From positions 642 to 64,641 of the forward strand of contig CAYLYM010000002.1 of assembly GCA_964387645.1 (NCBI GenBank): DNA of 64,000 nt. The letters are read 5' to 3'. This document shows, in pieces, positions 29,072 through 39,249 of the stretch. The notes beneath the pieces were generated by a model that did not search any database, had not been told where the DNA came from, and saw only the letters and a list, made by a program, of their open reading frames with translations. Made by a program: the position numbers and the translations under genes. Each line of letters begins with the position of its first letter. The first letter of the stretch is position 1. This DNA is from an uncultured Calditrichaceae bacterium. Lineage in GTDB: Bacteria; Calditrichota; Calditrichia; RBG-13-44-9.

Positions 29072-31906
29072 ATGAGATTCAGTAAACTGATTTTCTTACC
29101 GCTAATTTTGTCGTTTTTATGCCTTCTATTTTTTCAAAATCCAATTCAAGCACAAACACCTGAAGAGATTCAGAAAATTGAGAACGCAGCCCCTGAAAAG
29201 GCTACTGTTACACCAAAAAAACCCCGCAAGCTATTGGTAGTGTCGATTTGTCATGGATTCAAACACAAGTGTATTCCTATTGCTGCTAAAGCTATCGAAA
29301 TTTTAGGAAAAAAGACCGGCGCATACGAAGTAGTACATGCTAAAGACCTGAGTGTTTTTGAATGGGATAACCTCAAGCAATATGATGGAGTGCTTTTCAA
29401 TAACACGACCAAGCTGAAATTCGATAACGAGAAATGGCGTAAAAATTTGCTGAAATTTATTAAAAATGGGAAAGGTGTGATAGGCATACACGCTGCAACG
29501 GATAATTTTTATGACTGGCCGGAAGGCGCCGAAATGATGGGTGGCCTGTTTGATGGACATCCGTGGAATTCGAAGGGAACCTGGAAAGTGAAAATAGACG
29601 AACCCGATCACCCCTTGAATGCGGCTTTCGAGGGGAAAGATTTCGAAGTGAATGACGAAATTTACCGCACCAAAGGTTTCACCCGGGAGAAACTGCGAGT
29701 GTTGGTCAGTCTGGATATGGCTGATGAAGTTAATTTGAGTGCGAAAGGGGTAAAATATACTGATAAAGATATCCCCATTAGCTGGATTCGCCGGTATGGT
29801 AAAGGTCGTCTATTTTATTGTTCTTTTGGGCATAATAATCATATTTACTGGACCCCTTCGATTTTGCGGCATTATTTAGATGGAATTCAGTATGCGCTCG
29901 GCGATTATCCGGTGGATGATACTCCCAGTGTCGACAAATACATGGAGGATGCCGCCAAATACCAGTGGGGCCAGAGCCGCGCTTCGCTCACCATGTTAAG
30001 TGATTTTGTACGCTGGGCAATCGACCATCCGGATGTTCGTGCCCGCACAGAGGAACGATTCATTAAATTTTTAAAGCGAAAAGATGCCAGTCTGCCGGGA
30101 AAACAATTCGTTTGCCGCCAATTGAGCCTGATTGGTACCGAAAAATCCGTTCCCGTACTGGTCAGTTTGCTTCGGAAGGAAAAAACTTCTAACATGGCAA
30201 GGTATGCACTGGAGCGAATTCCGGGTGAAAAGGTAGATGTGGAATTACTTAAAGCTTTGAAAAAAACCAGGGGATTGGTCAGGATTGGGATTGTTAATAC
30301 ACTTGGAGTAAGACGATACGCAAAAGCCCTTTCAGAGTTAAAGAAACTGGTTTATGATAAGGATGCTGAGGTAGCCAGTGCGGCTGTTGCAGCCATTGGT
30401 CGGATTGGTGGAGATCAGGCTGTTAAGATTTTGGCAGAAGCTAAGAACAAGCTCAGCGGGAAATTGCGTAATCAGGTTCTGGATGCCTATCTGGCATGCG
30501 CTGATCAGTATTTAAATAAAGGCAAATCTACTGCTGCAAATAAGATATACCGGGAATTATATCAACCAAAGGAACCTGTACCTGTGAGAGCATCAGCTTT
30601 AAGGGGACTAATTCTTTCTGACCTGCAGAATGGTGTGCAAACGATAAAGGAGGTTCTGCAAGGGGATGATACAGAATTGCAAGCAGTAGCTATAAGTATG
30701 ATTCGGGAATTACCTGAGTCAACAGATGTGCGTGAGATTGCTGAACTATTGCCTGATCTTCCATTGGAAGGACAGATTCAATTACTCTCAGCGTTAGCGG
30801 ATCGTGGCGATTCAGCTGCTCGCATGGTAGTTTTAAAGGCTACGGAAAGTCCCGAGGCTGAAGTCCGCATTGCAGCACTCAGAGCTTTGGCTGTGTTAGG
30901 AAATTCCCGAGATGTAAAGCTTTTAGCCAGTAAAGCTGCATCCTCCCGGGGGAAAGAGAGCCAAATTGCACGTGAAAGCTTATATCGACTGAGCGGTCCA
31001 GATATCGATGATACTATCTTGAAAACCATCCCTGATGTAGAACCAGCTGTTAAAGTTGAACTTATCCGAAGCCTGGCGGAACGCGGTGTCACAAAAGGCG
31101 TAGATTTGTTGTTCACCACTGCAAAGGATGAAGACAGTAAAGTGAGAGTGGAATCGCTCAAATCTCTGGGTGTACTGGCCGCACCGGGTCGTTTGTCAGA
31201 ATTGATTCAGCTTTTACTTCAGGCGCAAACCGATACTGAACGTCGTGAAGCAGAACGAGCAGTATACGCTGTAACGCAGAAAATTCCTCCAAAAGGTGGT
31301 AAAGCAGAAGCCATCCTTGCCGTTTTACCTATAGTAAAAGACGAGACCAGCCGCGGATCTTTGCTACAAGTTTTAGGAAGAATTGGTGATCGAAAAGCGC
31401 TGGGTATCTTAAGAAAATCTCTTAAATCGAAAAGTGATGTCATAAAAACGGCGGCTATTCGTGCGCTTACTGACTGGCCCACACCAGAACCAGCCGAGGA
31501 TTTATTGGAAGTTGCCAAAACCTCTAAAAATAAAGTTCATCAGGTTCTGGCTCTGCGCGGTTACATCCGATTGGTTGACGTCATGCATACTCACCCAGCC
31601 AGTGTTACCCTTAAAATGTATAAAACCGCAATGGAATTGGCTACTGAGGCGAATGAGAAAAGAATGGTTCTGTCTGCTTTGGCTAATGTTCAATCTGTTG
31701 AAGCGTTAAATTGGGCGATGAATTATCTCAATGATCCCCTGTTAAAAGGCGAGGCGCAAGCAGCCGCAGTGCGAATTGCAAGGGAAATTTATCGTTCTTA
31801 TCCAGATGAATGTAAAAAAGCTATGGAGAAAATTCTGACAACAAATCCGTCTGAACAAGTGAAAAATAATGCGGAAAGGGTTTTAAGATATATCCAAGAA
31901 CTGTAA
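29072..31906 (+). CDS. Secreted ThuA-like domain fused to a long HEAT-repeat solenoid
   Basis: Sec signal; ThuA-like GFKH, GVIGIHAATD, GGLFDGHPW, DEIY, GRLFYCSFGH; about 650 aa of HEAT-like repeats (e.g. VRIAALRALAVLG). Confidence 0.8.
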   Translation: MRFSKLIFLPLILSFLCLLFFQNPIQAQTPEEIQKIENAAPEKATVTPKKPRKLLVVSICHGFKHKCIPIAAKAIEILGKKTGAYEVVHAKDLSVFEWDNLKQYDGVLFNNTTKLKFDNEKWRKNLLKFIKNGKGVIGIHAATDNFYDWPEGAEMMGGLFDGHPWNSKGTWKVKIDEPDHPLNAAFEGKDFEVNDEIYRTKGFTREKLRVLVSLDMADEVNLSAKGVKYTDKDIPISWIRRYGKGRLFYCSFGHNNHIYWTPSILRHYLDGIQYALGDYPVDDTPSVDKYMEDAAKYQWGQSRASLTMLSDFVRWAIDHPDVRARTEERFIKFLKRKDASLPGKQFVCRQLSLIGTEKSVPVLVSLLRKEKTSNMARYALERIPGEKVDVELLKALKKTRGLVRIGIVNTLGVRRYAKALSELKKLVYDKDAEVASAAVAAIGRIGGDQAVKILAEAKNKLSGKLRNQVLDAYLACADQYLNKGKSTAANKIYRELYQPKEPVPVRASALRGLILSDLQNGVQTIKEVLQGDDTELQAVAISMIRELPESTDVREIAELLPDLPLEGQIQLLSALADRGDSAARMVVLKATESPEAEVRIAALRALAVLGNSRDVKLLASKAASSRGKESQIARESLYRLSGPDIDDTILKTIPDVEPAVKVELIRSLAERGVTKGVDLLFTTAKDEDSKVRVESLKSLGVLAAPGRLSELIQLLLQAQTDTERREAERAVYAVTQKIPPKGGKAEAILAVLPIVKDETSRGSLLQVLGRIGDRKALGILRKSLKSKSDVIKTAAIRALTDWPTPEPAEDLLEVAKTSKNKVHQVLALRGYIRLVDVMHTHPASVTLKMYKTAMELATEANEKRMVLSALANVQSVEALNWAMNYLNDPLLKGEAQAAAVRIAREIYRSYPDECKKAMEKILTTNPSEQVKNNAERVLRYIQEL

Positions 31907-32077
31907 ATAATTTTGCCAGATTGTTGAAAAAGAATTTCGTCCGGGCGTCTGTGTAACCAGGCAAGAAAAATTTTGAGAAAGATGAGGTTTTTAGATTGAG
32001 AACATTAAGTGTTAAAAAATACTTAGTTTTCATCGTATTTTATTAAATAATTCTGTTTGATAAATGAACCAGAGGGG

Positions 32078-33103
32078 ATGATGTCAGAAAAAATGAATCG
32101 TCGAAATTTTTTAAAGAAAACTTTAGCTGCATCAGCAACCGCTCCTCTGATTTTAAGTTTTGAAGAAAAAGCTTTGTTAGCGGCAAAATCCAATTATAGT
32201 AAATCACCGGAAAAGAAGACTGCTTCGATGAAAATCCCAACAGGAAAGATAAAAAATGTTGAAATCACCCGTTTAATCGTTGGTGGAAACCTTACCAGCG
32301 GTTTTGCCCATAGTCGTGATTTGATTTATGTATCATCATTGTTACGTCATTACTTTACAGATGATAAAATTTTCGAAACCTGGCAGCTTTGTGAGGAAAA
32401 TGGGATAAACACCGCCATCCTGCGACTGGATAATCAGGTGATCCGATTAATTAATAAGTACTGGCATGAAGTCGGTGGTAATATTCAGTGGTTAGCTCAG
32501 GTAAAGATCAAAGAAGATGATTTATTTTCAGATATCTCCCGGGCTATCGATAATGGAGCCATTGGAGCTTACATTCATGGAGGTGTGGCTGATAAATTTA
32601 TTACTCAGGGAAAAATTGATTTGATAGCCAAAGCAGTGGAGTATATTAAAGATAATGGGGTGATTGCCGGTGTTGCCGGTCATTTGTTGCAGGTGCCTAT
32701 GACCTGTGAGAAAGAGGGCCTGGATGTGGACTTTTACATGAAAACATTAAATAGTGGTAATTATTGGACGGCAGGGCCGCGATTAATCGAAGATGAAAAT
32801 TGGGTGCCTGATCCCGAGAAAGAGATTGTACCAGAATATAATCCCCGTACGCATGACAATATCTGGGCTACTACCCCCCAACAAACCATCGCTTTTATGA
32901 AAAAGGTAAAGAAGCCCTGGATTGCTTACAAGGTATTGGGTGCTGGAGCTATCCATCCGAAAGAAGGTTTTGATTATGCCTTCCGGAATGGAGCGGATTT
33001 CATTTGTGTAGGTATGTTTGATTTTCAGGTTCAGGAAGATGTGGCAATTGCTCAAAAGGTGCTTTCCAGCGATTTGAAACGCAAACGTCCCTGGTGTGCC
33101 TGA
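32078..33103 (+). CDS. Tat-exported aldo/keto-reductase-like fold protein
   Basis: NRRNFLK; ITRLIVGGN and KPWIAYKVLGAGAIHPKEGFDYAF, AKR-barrel-like. Start at 32078 or 32081 (GAGGGG SD). Confidence 0.65.
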   Translation: MMSEKMNRRNFLKKTLAASATAPLILSFEEKALLAAKSNYSKSPEKKTASMKIPTGKIKNVEITRLIVGGNLTSGFAHSRDLIYVSSLLRHYFTDDKIFETWQLCEENGINTAILRLDNQVIRLINKYWHEVGGNIQWLAQVKIKEDDLFSDISRAIDNGAIGAYIHGGVADKFITQGKIDLIAKAVEYIKDNGVIAGVAGHLLQVPMTCEKEGLDVDFYMKTLNSGNYWTAGPRLIEDENWVPDPEKEIVPEYNPRTHDNIWATTPQQTIAFMKKVKKPWIAYKVLGAGAIHPKEGFDYAFRNGADFICVGMFDFQVQEDVAIAQKVLSSDLKRKRPWCA

Positions 33104-33248
33104 TTACCGATTAAAGAAACTTGAATATCCGCCCAATCTGGATTGTTCGTGTAATATTTATTCTAAAATGGAAGTGGTGTGAAAAATATATTTTTAGAGC
33201 AAGAGTGGTTAGATAATTTCGAAAGAAAATTTAATGAACAATTAACTA

Positions 33249-34352
33249 ATGAAAAAATATCGCTACATTCTTGAATGCGGTTTTATTTTACTATTTACCA
33301 TTGTTATTTTGATTCTGATAGGTTGTGACCAGCAAAATGATCATCGAAAATTTGATTCTGCCAAAAAGATTGTTAAAGATCTTGACCCGTTCATGGGAGA
33401 CTACCAGGGAGAGATAACGTTTGATTCAGGAGAAAAACGACCTCTTTATTCCCAGGTTATTGCGTATGGTAATGGCCAATATCAAATCAATTTTTTAAAA
33501 GCTTTTGATGCAAGGAATGTTCTCATTTTTTCTACAAAGGTTCAAAAAACGGACCAATCCATCCAGTTTTCAAAAACAGTTTCAGAGGGTGAATTCAAAA
33601 ATTCAACGTGGGAAGGTTTACTTGGAGTAGAAGGTCTGGTGGGAAAAATTGAGGGAAGCCAGGCGGGACGTTTCCAATTGAAAAAAGTTGTCCGATTATC
33701 TCCCACTTTAGGTGCAAAACCGCCAGAGGGTGCGATTGTTCTTTTTGATGGCACTGGATTTGACGAGTGGGAAGGACGCGGAAAAGGCGGTTTACTGGGT
33801 TTATTATTCAAGCACAGTGAACCAGCCTGGAAATTGGTTGATGGTACAATGGAGGTGGTTCCACGAAGCGGTTCTATTCGAACGAAGAGAAAATTCAGGA
33901 ATTACAAATTACATTTGGAATTTCGAAGCCCTTTTATGCCTTTTGCGAAAGGGCAGAAACGCGGTAACAGTGGAGTATATAACCTGGAACGTTATGAAGT
34001 CCAGATTTTAGACTCTTATGGTCTGGAAGGAAAAGATAACGAATGTGGTGCTATTTACAAGGTTGCTGCTCCACGCGTGAACATGTGTGCTCCGCCTATG
34101 CAGTGGCAAACTTATGATATCACCTTCCATGCTCCTCAATTTGATCCCTCAGGAAAAAAAGTTCAAAATGCTCGCATCACTGTTGTGCACAATGGTGTCA
34201 CTATTCACAAAGACCTGGAAATTCCACATCCAACCGGCGGTGCAAGAATAAAACCCGAACAGATGATGGGTTCTATTTCATTGCAAGATCATGGAGATCC
34301 CGTCCAATTTCGGAATATATGGTTAGTTGAGTTACCTGATGGAAAACGGTAA
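33249..34352 (+). CDS. DUF1080 (3-keto-disaccharide hydrolase family) lipoprotein with N-terminal extension
   Basis: Lipobox LIGC; VLFDG, LHLEF, GNSGVY, WQTYDI, GSISLQDHGDPVQFRNIW. Confidence 0.88.
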   Translation: MKKYRYILECGFILLFTIVILILIGCDQQNDHRKFDSAKKIVKDLDPFMGDYQGEITFDSGEKRPLYSQVIAYGNGQYQINFLKAFDARNVLIFSTKVQKTDQSIQFSKTVSEGEFKNSTWEGLLGVEGLVGKIEGSQAGRFQLKKVVRLSPTLGAKPPEGAIVLFDGTGFDEWEGRGKGGLLGLLFKHSEPAWKLVDGTMEVVPRSGSIRTKRKFRNYKLHLEFRSPFMPFAKGQKRGNSGVYNLERYEVQILDSYGLEGKDNECGAIYKVAAPRVNMCAPPMQWQTYDITFHAPQFDPSGKKVQNARITVVHNGVTIHKDLEIPHPTGGARIKPEQMMGSISLQDHGDPVQFRNIWLVELPDGKR

Positions 34353-34410
34353 ACAGCAAGAATTCTTAAAAATGGGAAAATCTTAAAGACATAGAGAGGA
34401 GGCTCTGGTC

Positions 34411-35358
34411 ATGAAACCACAAGATCAGGAAAAGAGACTTTCCCGCCGGGAGTTTTTATCCAGATCCGCCCTGGCGGCTGCTGCCATATCAGTCGTCGGT
34501 ACAACTTCCAAAAGCCAGGCTTCTAACAGTTCTGGCGATAAACATCATTTTAAACTGAAATATGCACCGCATTTTGGCATGTTCAAAAATCACGCCGGAA
34601 AAGACTTAATCGACCAGATAAAATTCATGGCGGATGTTGGATTTCGCGCCCTTGAAGATAATGGAATGAAGAACCGGTCAGTGGCTTTACAAGAAAAAAT
34701 TGCCAGTACCATGGCCAATTTAGGCATGGAAATGGGTGTGTTTGTTGCCCACAAAATCTATTGGAAAGAACCAAATCTTGCCAGTGGAGACGAATCGCTT
34801 CGTGAGGAATTTTTACAGCATATCAGAGAATCCGTGGATGTTGCTCGGCGTGTCAACGCCAAATGGATGACGGTAGTTCCTGGTCATGTGGATTTACGCA
34901 AGGACATGGGTTATCAAACAGCAAACGTCATTGAAGCATTAAAACGAGCTTGTGACATCCTGGAACCTCATGGTCTGGTGATGGTTTTAGAACCGCTGAA
35001 TTTTTATAACCATCCCGGCATGTTCCTCACTAAAATTCCGCAAGCCTATCAAATCTGTCGCGCTGTAAATAGTCCTTCTTGTAAAATTTTATTTGACATT
35101 TATCACCAACAAATCACTGAAGGCAATCTTATTCCTAACATCGATATGGCCTGGAGTGAAATTGGTTATTTTCAGATTGGTGATAATCCTGGAAGAAAAG
35201 AACCGACCACTGGAGAGATTAACTACAAGAATGTTTTCAAACATATTTATGAAAAAGGCTATAAAGGGATTCTTGGAATGGAACACGGAAACAGTAAAAA
35301 GGGCAAAGAGGGTGAGTTAGCAGTTATAGATGCTTATAAGGAAGTAGATTCATTTTAG
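34411..35358 (+). CDS. Tat-exported hydroxypyruvate-isomerase-like TIM barrel (AP-endonuclease-2 family)
   Basis: SRREFLS; YAPHFGMF, VLEPLN, LFDIYHQQITEGNL, QIGDNPGRKEPTTGEINY. Confidence 0.88.
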   Translation: MKPQDQEKRLSRREFLSRSALAAAAISVVGTTSKSQASNSSGDKHHFKLKYAPHFGMFKNHAGKDLIDQIKFMADVGFRALEDNGMKNRSVALQEKIASTMANLGMEMGVFVAHKIYWKEPNLASGDESLREEFLQHIRESVDVARRVNAKWMTVVPGHVDLRKDMGYQTANVIEALKRACDILEPHGLVMVLEPLNFYNHPGMFLTKIPQAYQICRAVNSPSCKILFDIYHQQITEGNLIPNIDMAWSEIGYFQIGDNPGRKEPTTGEINYKNVFKHIYEKGYKGILGMEHGNSKKGKEGELAVIDAYKEVDSF

Positions 35359-35393
35359 CTAGTTAAAAATAAAAAAGAGACAGGAAGGGCTAA

Positions 35394-36074
35394 ATGAAAA
35401 AAATTGCTTATTTTGCACTATTTATTTGTTTTATTTTCGATTTTATCGAATGTACTCAAAAAGAGGAGCAAGAATCAACAGAGCCTGTTTCTCAAAAAGT
35501 CATCACACCTACTCAAAAAATTGTTCTCTGGAATGGTAAAGATTATTCCGGGTGGAAGCTGGTATTGGAGGATCCCGGTGTGGATGTAAAAACGGTGTGG
35601 TCTGTAAAAAATGGAAACGCTTATTGCACAGGCGTGCCCAAAGGGTATATGCGGACTGTGGACAGCTACACAAATTACAAACTTCATGTGGAATGGCGGT
35701 GGCCAGAAGAGCCAGGTAACAGTGGTGTGCTTCTTCACTGCCAGGAGCCGGATACGGTTTGGCCGGTGTGTGTTGAGGCGCAATTACATTCCGGGGATGC
35801 CGGAGATTTTATTTTAATGGGTGGCACTTTGCTCAATGAGCAGGTGGACAAGACGATGCGGAGAATTCGCAAAAAAGAAGAAAGCAGTGAAAAAGCCGCG
35901 GGTGAGTGGAATACTTATGATATTATTTGTAAGGACGATACCATTAAATTGTTTGTCAACGGCGTATTGCAGAATGTAGGGACTGGCTCTTCAGTGAAAT
36001 CGGGTTTTATTGCCTTACAGAGCGAAGGTAAACCCATTGAATTTAGAAATATTTATCTGGAACCAGTCGAGTGA
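35394..36074 (+). CDS. DUF1080 family protein, exported
   Basis: LWNGKDYSGW, YKLHVEWRW, GNSGVLLH, GEWNTYDI, GFIALQSEGKPIEFRNI. Confidence 0.88.
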   Translation: MKKIAYFALFICFIFDFIECTQKEEQESTEPVSQKVITPTQKIVLWNGKDYSGWKLVLEDPGVDVKTVWSVKNGNAYCTGVPKGYMRTVDSYTNYKLHVEWRWPEEPGNSGVLLHCQEPDTVWPVCVEAQLHSGDAGDFILMGGTLLNEQVDKTMRRIRKKEESSEKAAGEWNTYDIICKDDTIKLFVNGVLQNVGTGSSVKSGFIALQSEGKPIEFRNIYLEPVE

Positions 36075-36180
36075 ATCTATTCACATCGAATAAATTAATT
36101 TTTTTGTTGAGATCATTAAAAATAATTTTAGTTTTGAGATAGAAACAGCGATGAGTTTAAAATGAAGGAATTTCAACCAT

Positions 36181-37704
36181 ATGAAGAAGCTCCTGCGATT
36201 TCTGTTTCGTTTCATTCGTCGTCATTATATTCCTTTAATTTTCTTTTTTATTGGTATTGTAACTGTTTTTCTTATACGTAGCGGAATCGAATATACTTCA
36301 ACGGATGCGTTTTGTGAATCATGTCATGTACATCCACAGGCAATCTCCAGTTGGAAGTTAGGTCAGCATCGCGACACAGAGAGTGGTGTTGTGGCACATT
36401 GTACGGATTGTCATTTACCCCCCGATGGCTGGGATTACCTGGTAGCCAAAGCTAAAACAGGATTACGAGATATATTTAGTACATTATTTAAAGATGTATC
36501 CAGGATTGATTGGGAGTTGAAATCCCGTCGAGAACATGCCGTCAGGCATGTGTATAAAGCTTCATGTTTGAAGTGTCACCAGAATTTGTTTCCGAAAGGA
36601 TTAACTAAAAAAGGTGAGGATGCCCACCTTTATTATGAACAGAATGCGGAAAAGCTTCGATGTATCAATTGCCATTTGAAAGTCGGACACTTTCATAAAG
36701 AAGAACCGAAATTAGCTGCAATGAATGAGAAATCTGGTAAAGATAAAGTCATTTATACAAAGCCAGCAGTGGTAACAGAGTTTAAAGATTATACTGAATA
36801 TATCCCGGGAACTTCAGTGAGTTTTGAGATGGTAGCGATACCAGGTGGGACGTTTACTATTGGTAGCCCGCAAGATGAGCCTTACCGGGATGAAGATGAG
36901 GGGCCACAGCGTACCATCGAAATCAGTCCTTTTTGGATGGGAAAGACTGAAGTTAGTTGGGACGAATATTTTGCTTTTTACCGACAGACGCATCGTGAAG
37001 GCCGGAGCGAAGACCAATTGACTACAATCAAGAAAATATCAGATGTGAATGCCATTACTGGCCCAACTCCACCCTATGGTAATCCTGATCAGGGTTGGGG
37101 AAGAGGGAAACGTCCGGCCATTACCATGACATACCACGCCGCGACTGTCTATTGTCAATGGCTTTCGCAGGTCACGGGAAAAAAGTATCGTTTACCGACC
37201 GAAGCTGAATGGGAATATGCGGCCCGAGGAGGAACAACCGGCGCTTATTTCTTTGAAGGCGATCCGCGAAAGTTCTCTGAAACCCGCCTGTGGAATAAAA
37301 TTTTTGGCATCGATACCACCATTAATCAATATGTGATTTATCGGGGCAACAGTGGTGGGAAAACTCATTTGCCTTCAGCGGTGAAACCGAATCCTTTTGG
37401 ATTGTTACATATGCTTGGTAATGTAAAGGAATTTTGCCTGGATTGGTATGCACCAGATGCTTACGCTGCCTATCCTGCCGATGAAGTTATTAAAGATCCT
37501 ACCGGACCACCTACTGGTACGGAACATGTCATTCGTGGGGGATCTTTCAAAAGTTTGGCGTCAGAAGTTCGCGTTGCCGCACGTGAATCAACTCATCATG
37601 ATGCCTGGATGGTAACTGATCCACAAATGCCTAAAAGTATATGGTGGTATTCAGATAATAATGAAGTAGGCTTTCGGGTCGTATGCGAATATGAACAAGA
37701 ATAA
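36181..37704 (+). CDS. Fusion of NapC/NirT-type membrane tetraheme cytochrome c and FGE-sulfatase (SUMF1/EgtB/PvdO) fold
   Basis: N-terminal TM then TSTDAFCESCH, CTDCH, CLKCH, CINCH; C-terminal EMVAIPGGTFTIGS, YRLPTEAEWEYAARGG, PNPFGLLHMLGNVKE, VIRGGSF, GFRVV. Confidence 0.88.
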   Translation: MKKLLRFLFRFIRRHYIPLIFFFIGIVTVFLIRSGIEYTSTDAFCESCHVHPQAISSWKLGQHRDTESGVVAHCTDCHLPPDGWDYLVAKAKTGLRDIFSTLFKDVSRIDWELKSRREHAVRHVYKASCLKCHQNLFPKGLTKKGEDAHLYYEQNAEKLRCINCHLKVGHFHKEEPKLAAMNEKSGKDKVIYTKPAVVTEFKDYTEYIPGTSVSFEMVAIPGGTFTIGSPQDEPYRDEDEGPQRTIEISPFWMGKTEVSWDEYFAFYRQTHREGRSEDQLTTIKKISDVNAITGPTPPYGNPDQGWGRGKRPAITMTYHAATVYCQWLSQVTGKKYRLPTEAEWEYAARGGTTGAYFFEGDPRKFSETRLWNKIFGIDTTINQYVIYRGNSGGKTHLPSAVKPNPFGLLHMLGNVKEFCLDWYAPDAYAAYPADEVIKDPTGPPTGTEHVIRGGSFKSLASEVRVAARESTHHDAWMVTDPQMPKSIWWYSDNNEVGFRVVCEYEQE

Positions 37705-37837
37705 ATTTTATATTTTGTTTTTTTAGTGTATATTATTAAATAGTTAAAGAATCTGGAGTTTTGTGAGCCCTATGAATATATTTTTGATATACTAAATCAA
37801 TCTTTATTTTGTCAAAACAAGATAGGGAGAACATGTA

Positions 37838-39163
37838 ATGGAAAAAACTGTAAACCGCAGGGAATTTTTAGAGATAGGCGCTGCTGCAGCGGCAGGTGCC
37901 TTGATTTTGGGTTGCGCCAAAAAGAAAAAAGTTGAACTCAAACTCCCGCCGCTTTTAGATCAGGCGCCTGAGGGACCTGTTTTAAAGGCTGGATTGATTG
38001 GTTGTGGAGGAAGGGGAACTGGTGCAGCATTAAACTTTTTAGATGCCGGACCAGGTTTACAAATTACCGCTTTAGGAGATGTATTTGAAGATCGTATTGA
38101 AAAATGTGCCAAAAAGTTAAAGGATCAGAAAAATGTCGAAGTGCCGCGCGATCACTGGTTTACAGGATTTGATGCCTATAAAAAAGTTCTGGATTCTGGT
38201 GTCGATCTGGTTATTCTGGCTACCCCTCCCCATTTTCGACCAGAACATTTTGCCGCAGCCGTGGAAGCGCGTAAACATGTTTTTATGGAAAAACCCGTTG
38301 CGGTCGATCCGGTGGGAGCTCGTTCAATAATGGCTACTGCTAAAAGAGCTGATCAACTGGGCTTGAAAGTTGTTACCGGTACTCAACGAAGACATAAAAG
38401 AGATTACATTGGTACTTATAAGCAGATTATGCAGGGAGCTATCGGTGACATTGTTTCGGCCAATTGCTACTGGAATCAAAGGCAATTGTGGTACCGTACA
38501 CCTAAAAGTGGTTGGACAGAAATGGAATATATGATCCGCGATTGGGTAAACTGGTGCTGGTTATCTGGTGACCATATCGTGGAACAGCATGTTCATAATC
38601 TGGATGTAGTCCATTGGTTCACAGGTAAGGTACCTGTGAAAGCTGTGGGATTTGGTGGACGTCACCGCAGGGTTACAGGCGATCAATATGATTTTTTCAG
38701 TGTGGATTACGTATATGATAACAATATGCATGTTCATAGCATGTGCCGCCAGATTAATGGTTGTGCTAACAATGTTTCAGAGTTTTTCATGGGAACCAAA
38801 GGTTATGCAACACTAAACAATAGTGGAGTGCAGAAGATCTACGATCATAATGGTAAACTTATCTGGGAATATGAATATCCCAAAGATGAGTCAGGTAAAC
38901 CTACTAACAAACCTAAGGTAAATCCCTACGTTCAGGAGCATATCGATCTGGTAACCTGTATTCGTCAGGACATTCCAATTAATGAAGCTGAAAATACCGC
39001 TATCTCAACATTAATCGCTATAATGGGACGGATTTCTGCCTACACCGGTAAAGAAGTTACCTGGGAAGAAATGATGAGTTCGGATTTGCGGTTAGGTCCA
39101 AAAGAGTACAAATTAGGGCCGGTTAATATTCCTAAGGAAATTCCAGTTCCCGGAGAGGCTTAA
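37838..39163 (+). CDS. Tat lipoprotein Gfo/Idh/MocA oxidoreductase (BT2159-like)
   Basis: NRREFLE plus lipobox ILGC; GLIGCGGRG, ATPPHFRP, EKPV, RDWVNWCWLSGDHIVEQHVHNLD, which I recall from Bacteroides BT2159-type proteins. Confidence 0.88.
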   Translation: MEKTVNRREFLEIGAAAAAGALILGCAKKKKVELKLPPLLDQAPEGPVLKAGLIGCGGRGTGAALNFLDAGPGLQITALGDVFEDRIEKCAKKLKDQKNVEVPRDHWFTGFDAYKKVLDSGVDLVILATPPHFRPEHFAAAVEARKHVFMEKPVAVDPVGARSIMATAKRADQLGLKVVTGTQRRHKRDYIGTYKQIMQGAIGDIVSANCYWNQRQLWYRTPKSGWTEMEYMIRDWVNWCWLSGDHIVEQHVHNLDVVHWFTGKVPVKAVGFGGRHRRVTGDQYDFFSVDYVYDNNMHVHSMCRQINGCANNVSEFFMGTKGYATLNNSGVQKIYDHNGKLIWEYEYPKDESGKPTNKPKVNPYVQEHIDLVTCIRQDIPINEAENTAISTLIAIMGRISAYTGKEVTWEEMMSSDLRLGPKEYKLGPVNIPKEIPVPGEA

Positions 39164-39249
39164 TACAAATTATCTTCTATTTAAAAGTATCTTCTATTTT
39201 AAATAAAGATGGTACTTAAAAAAAAAATTAATTAATGAGAGGGTTTAAG

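Noticed and set aside
36790-37704. Formylglycine-generating enzyme for sulfatase maturation
   Set aside because: The catalytic Cys pair is absent and no sulfatase is in the window; only the fold is supported.
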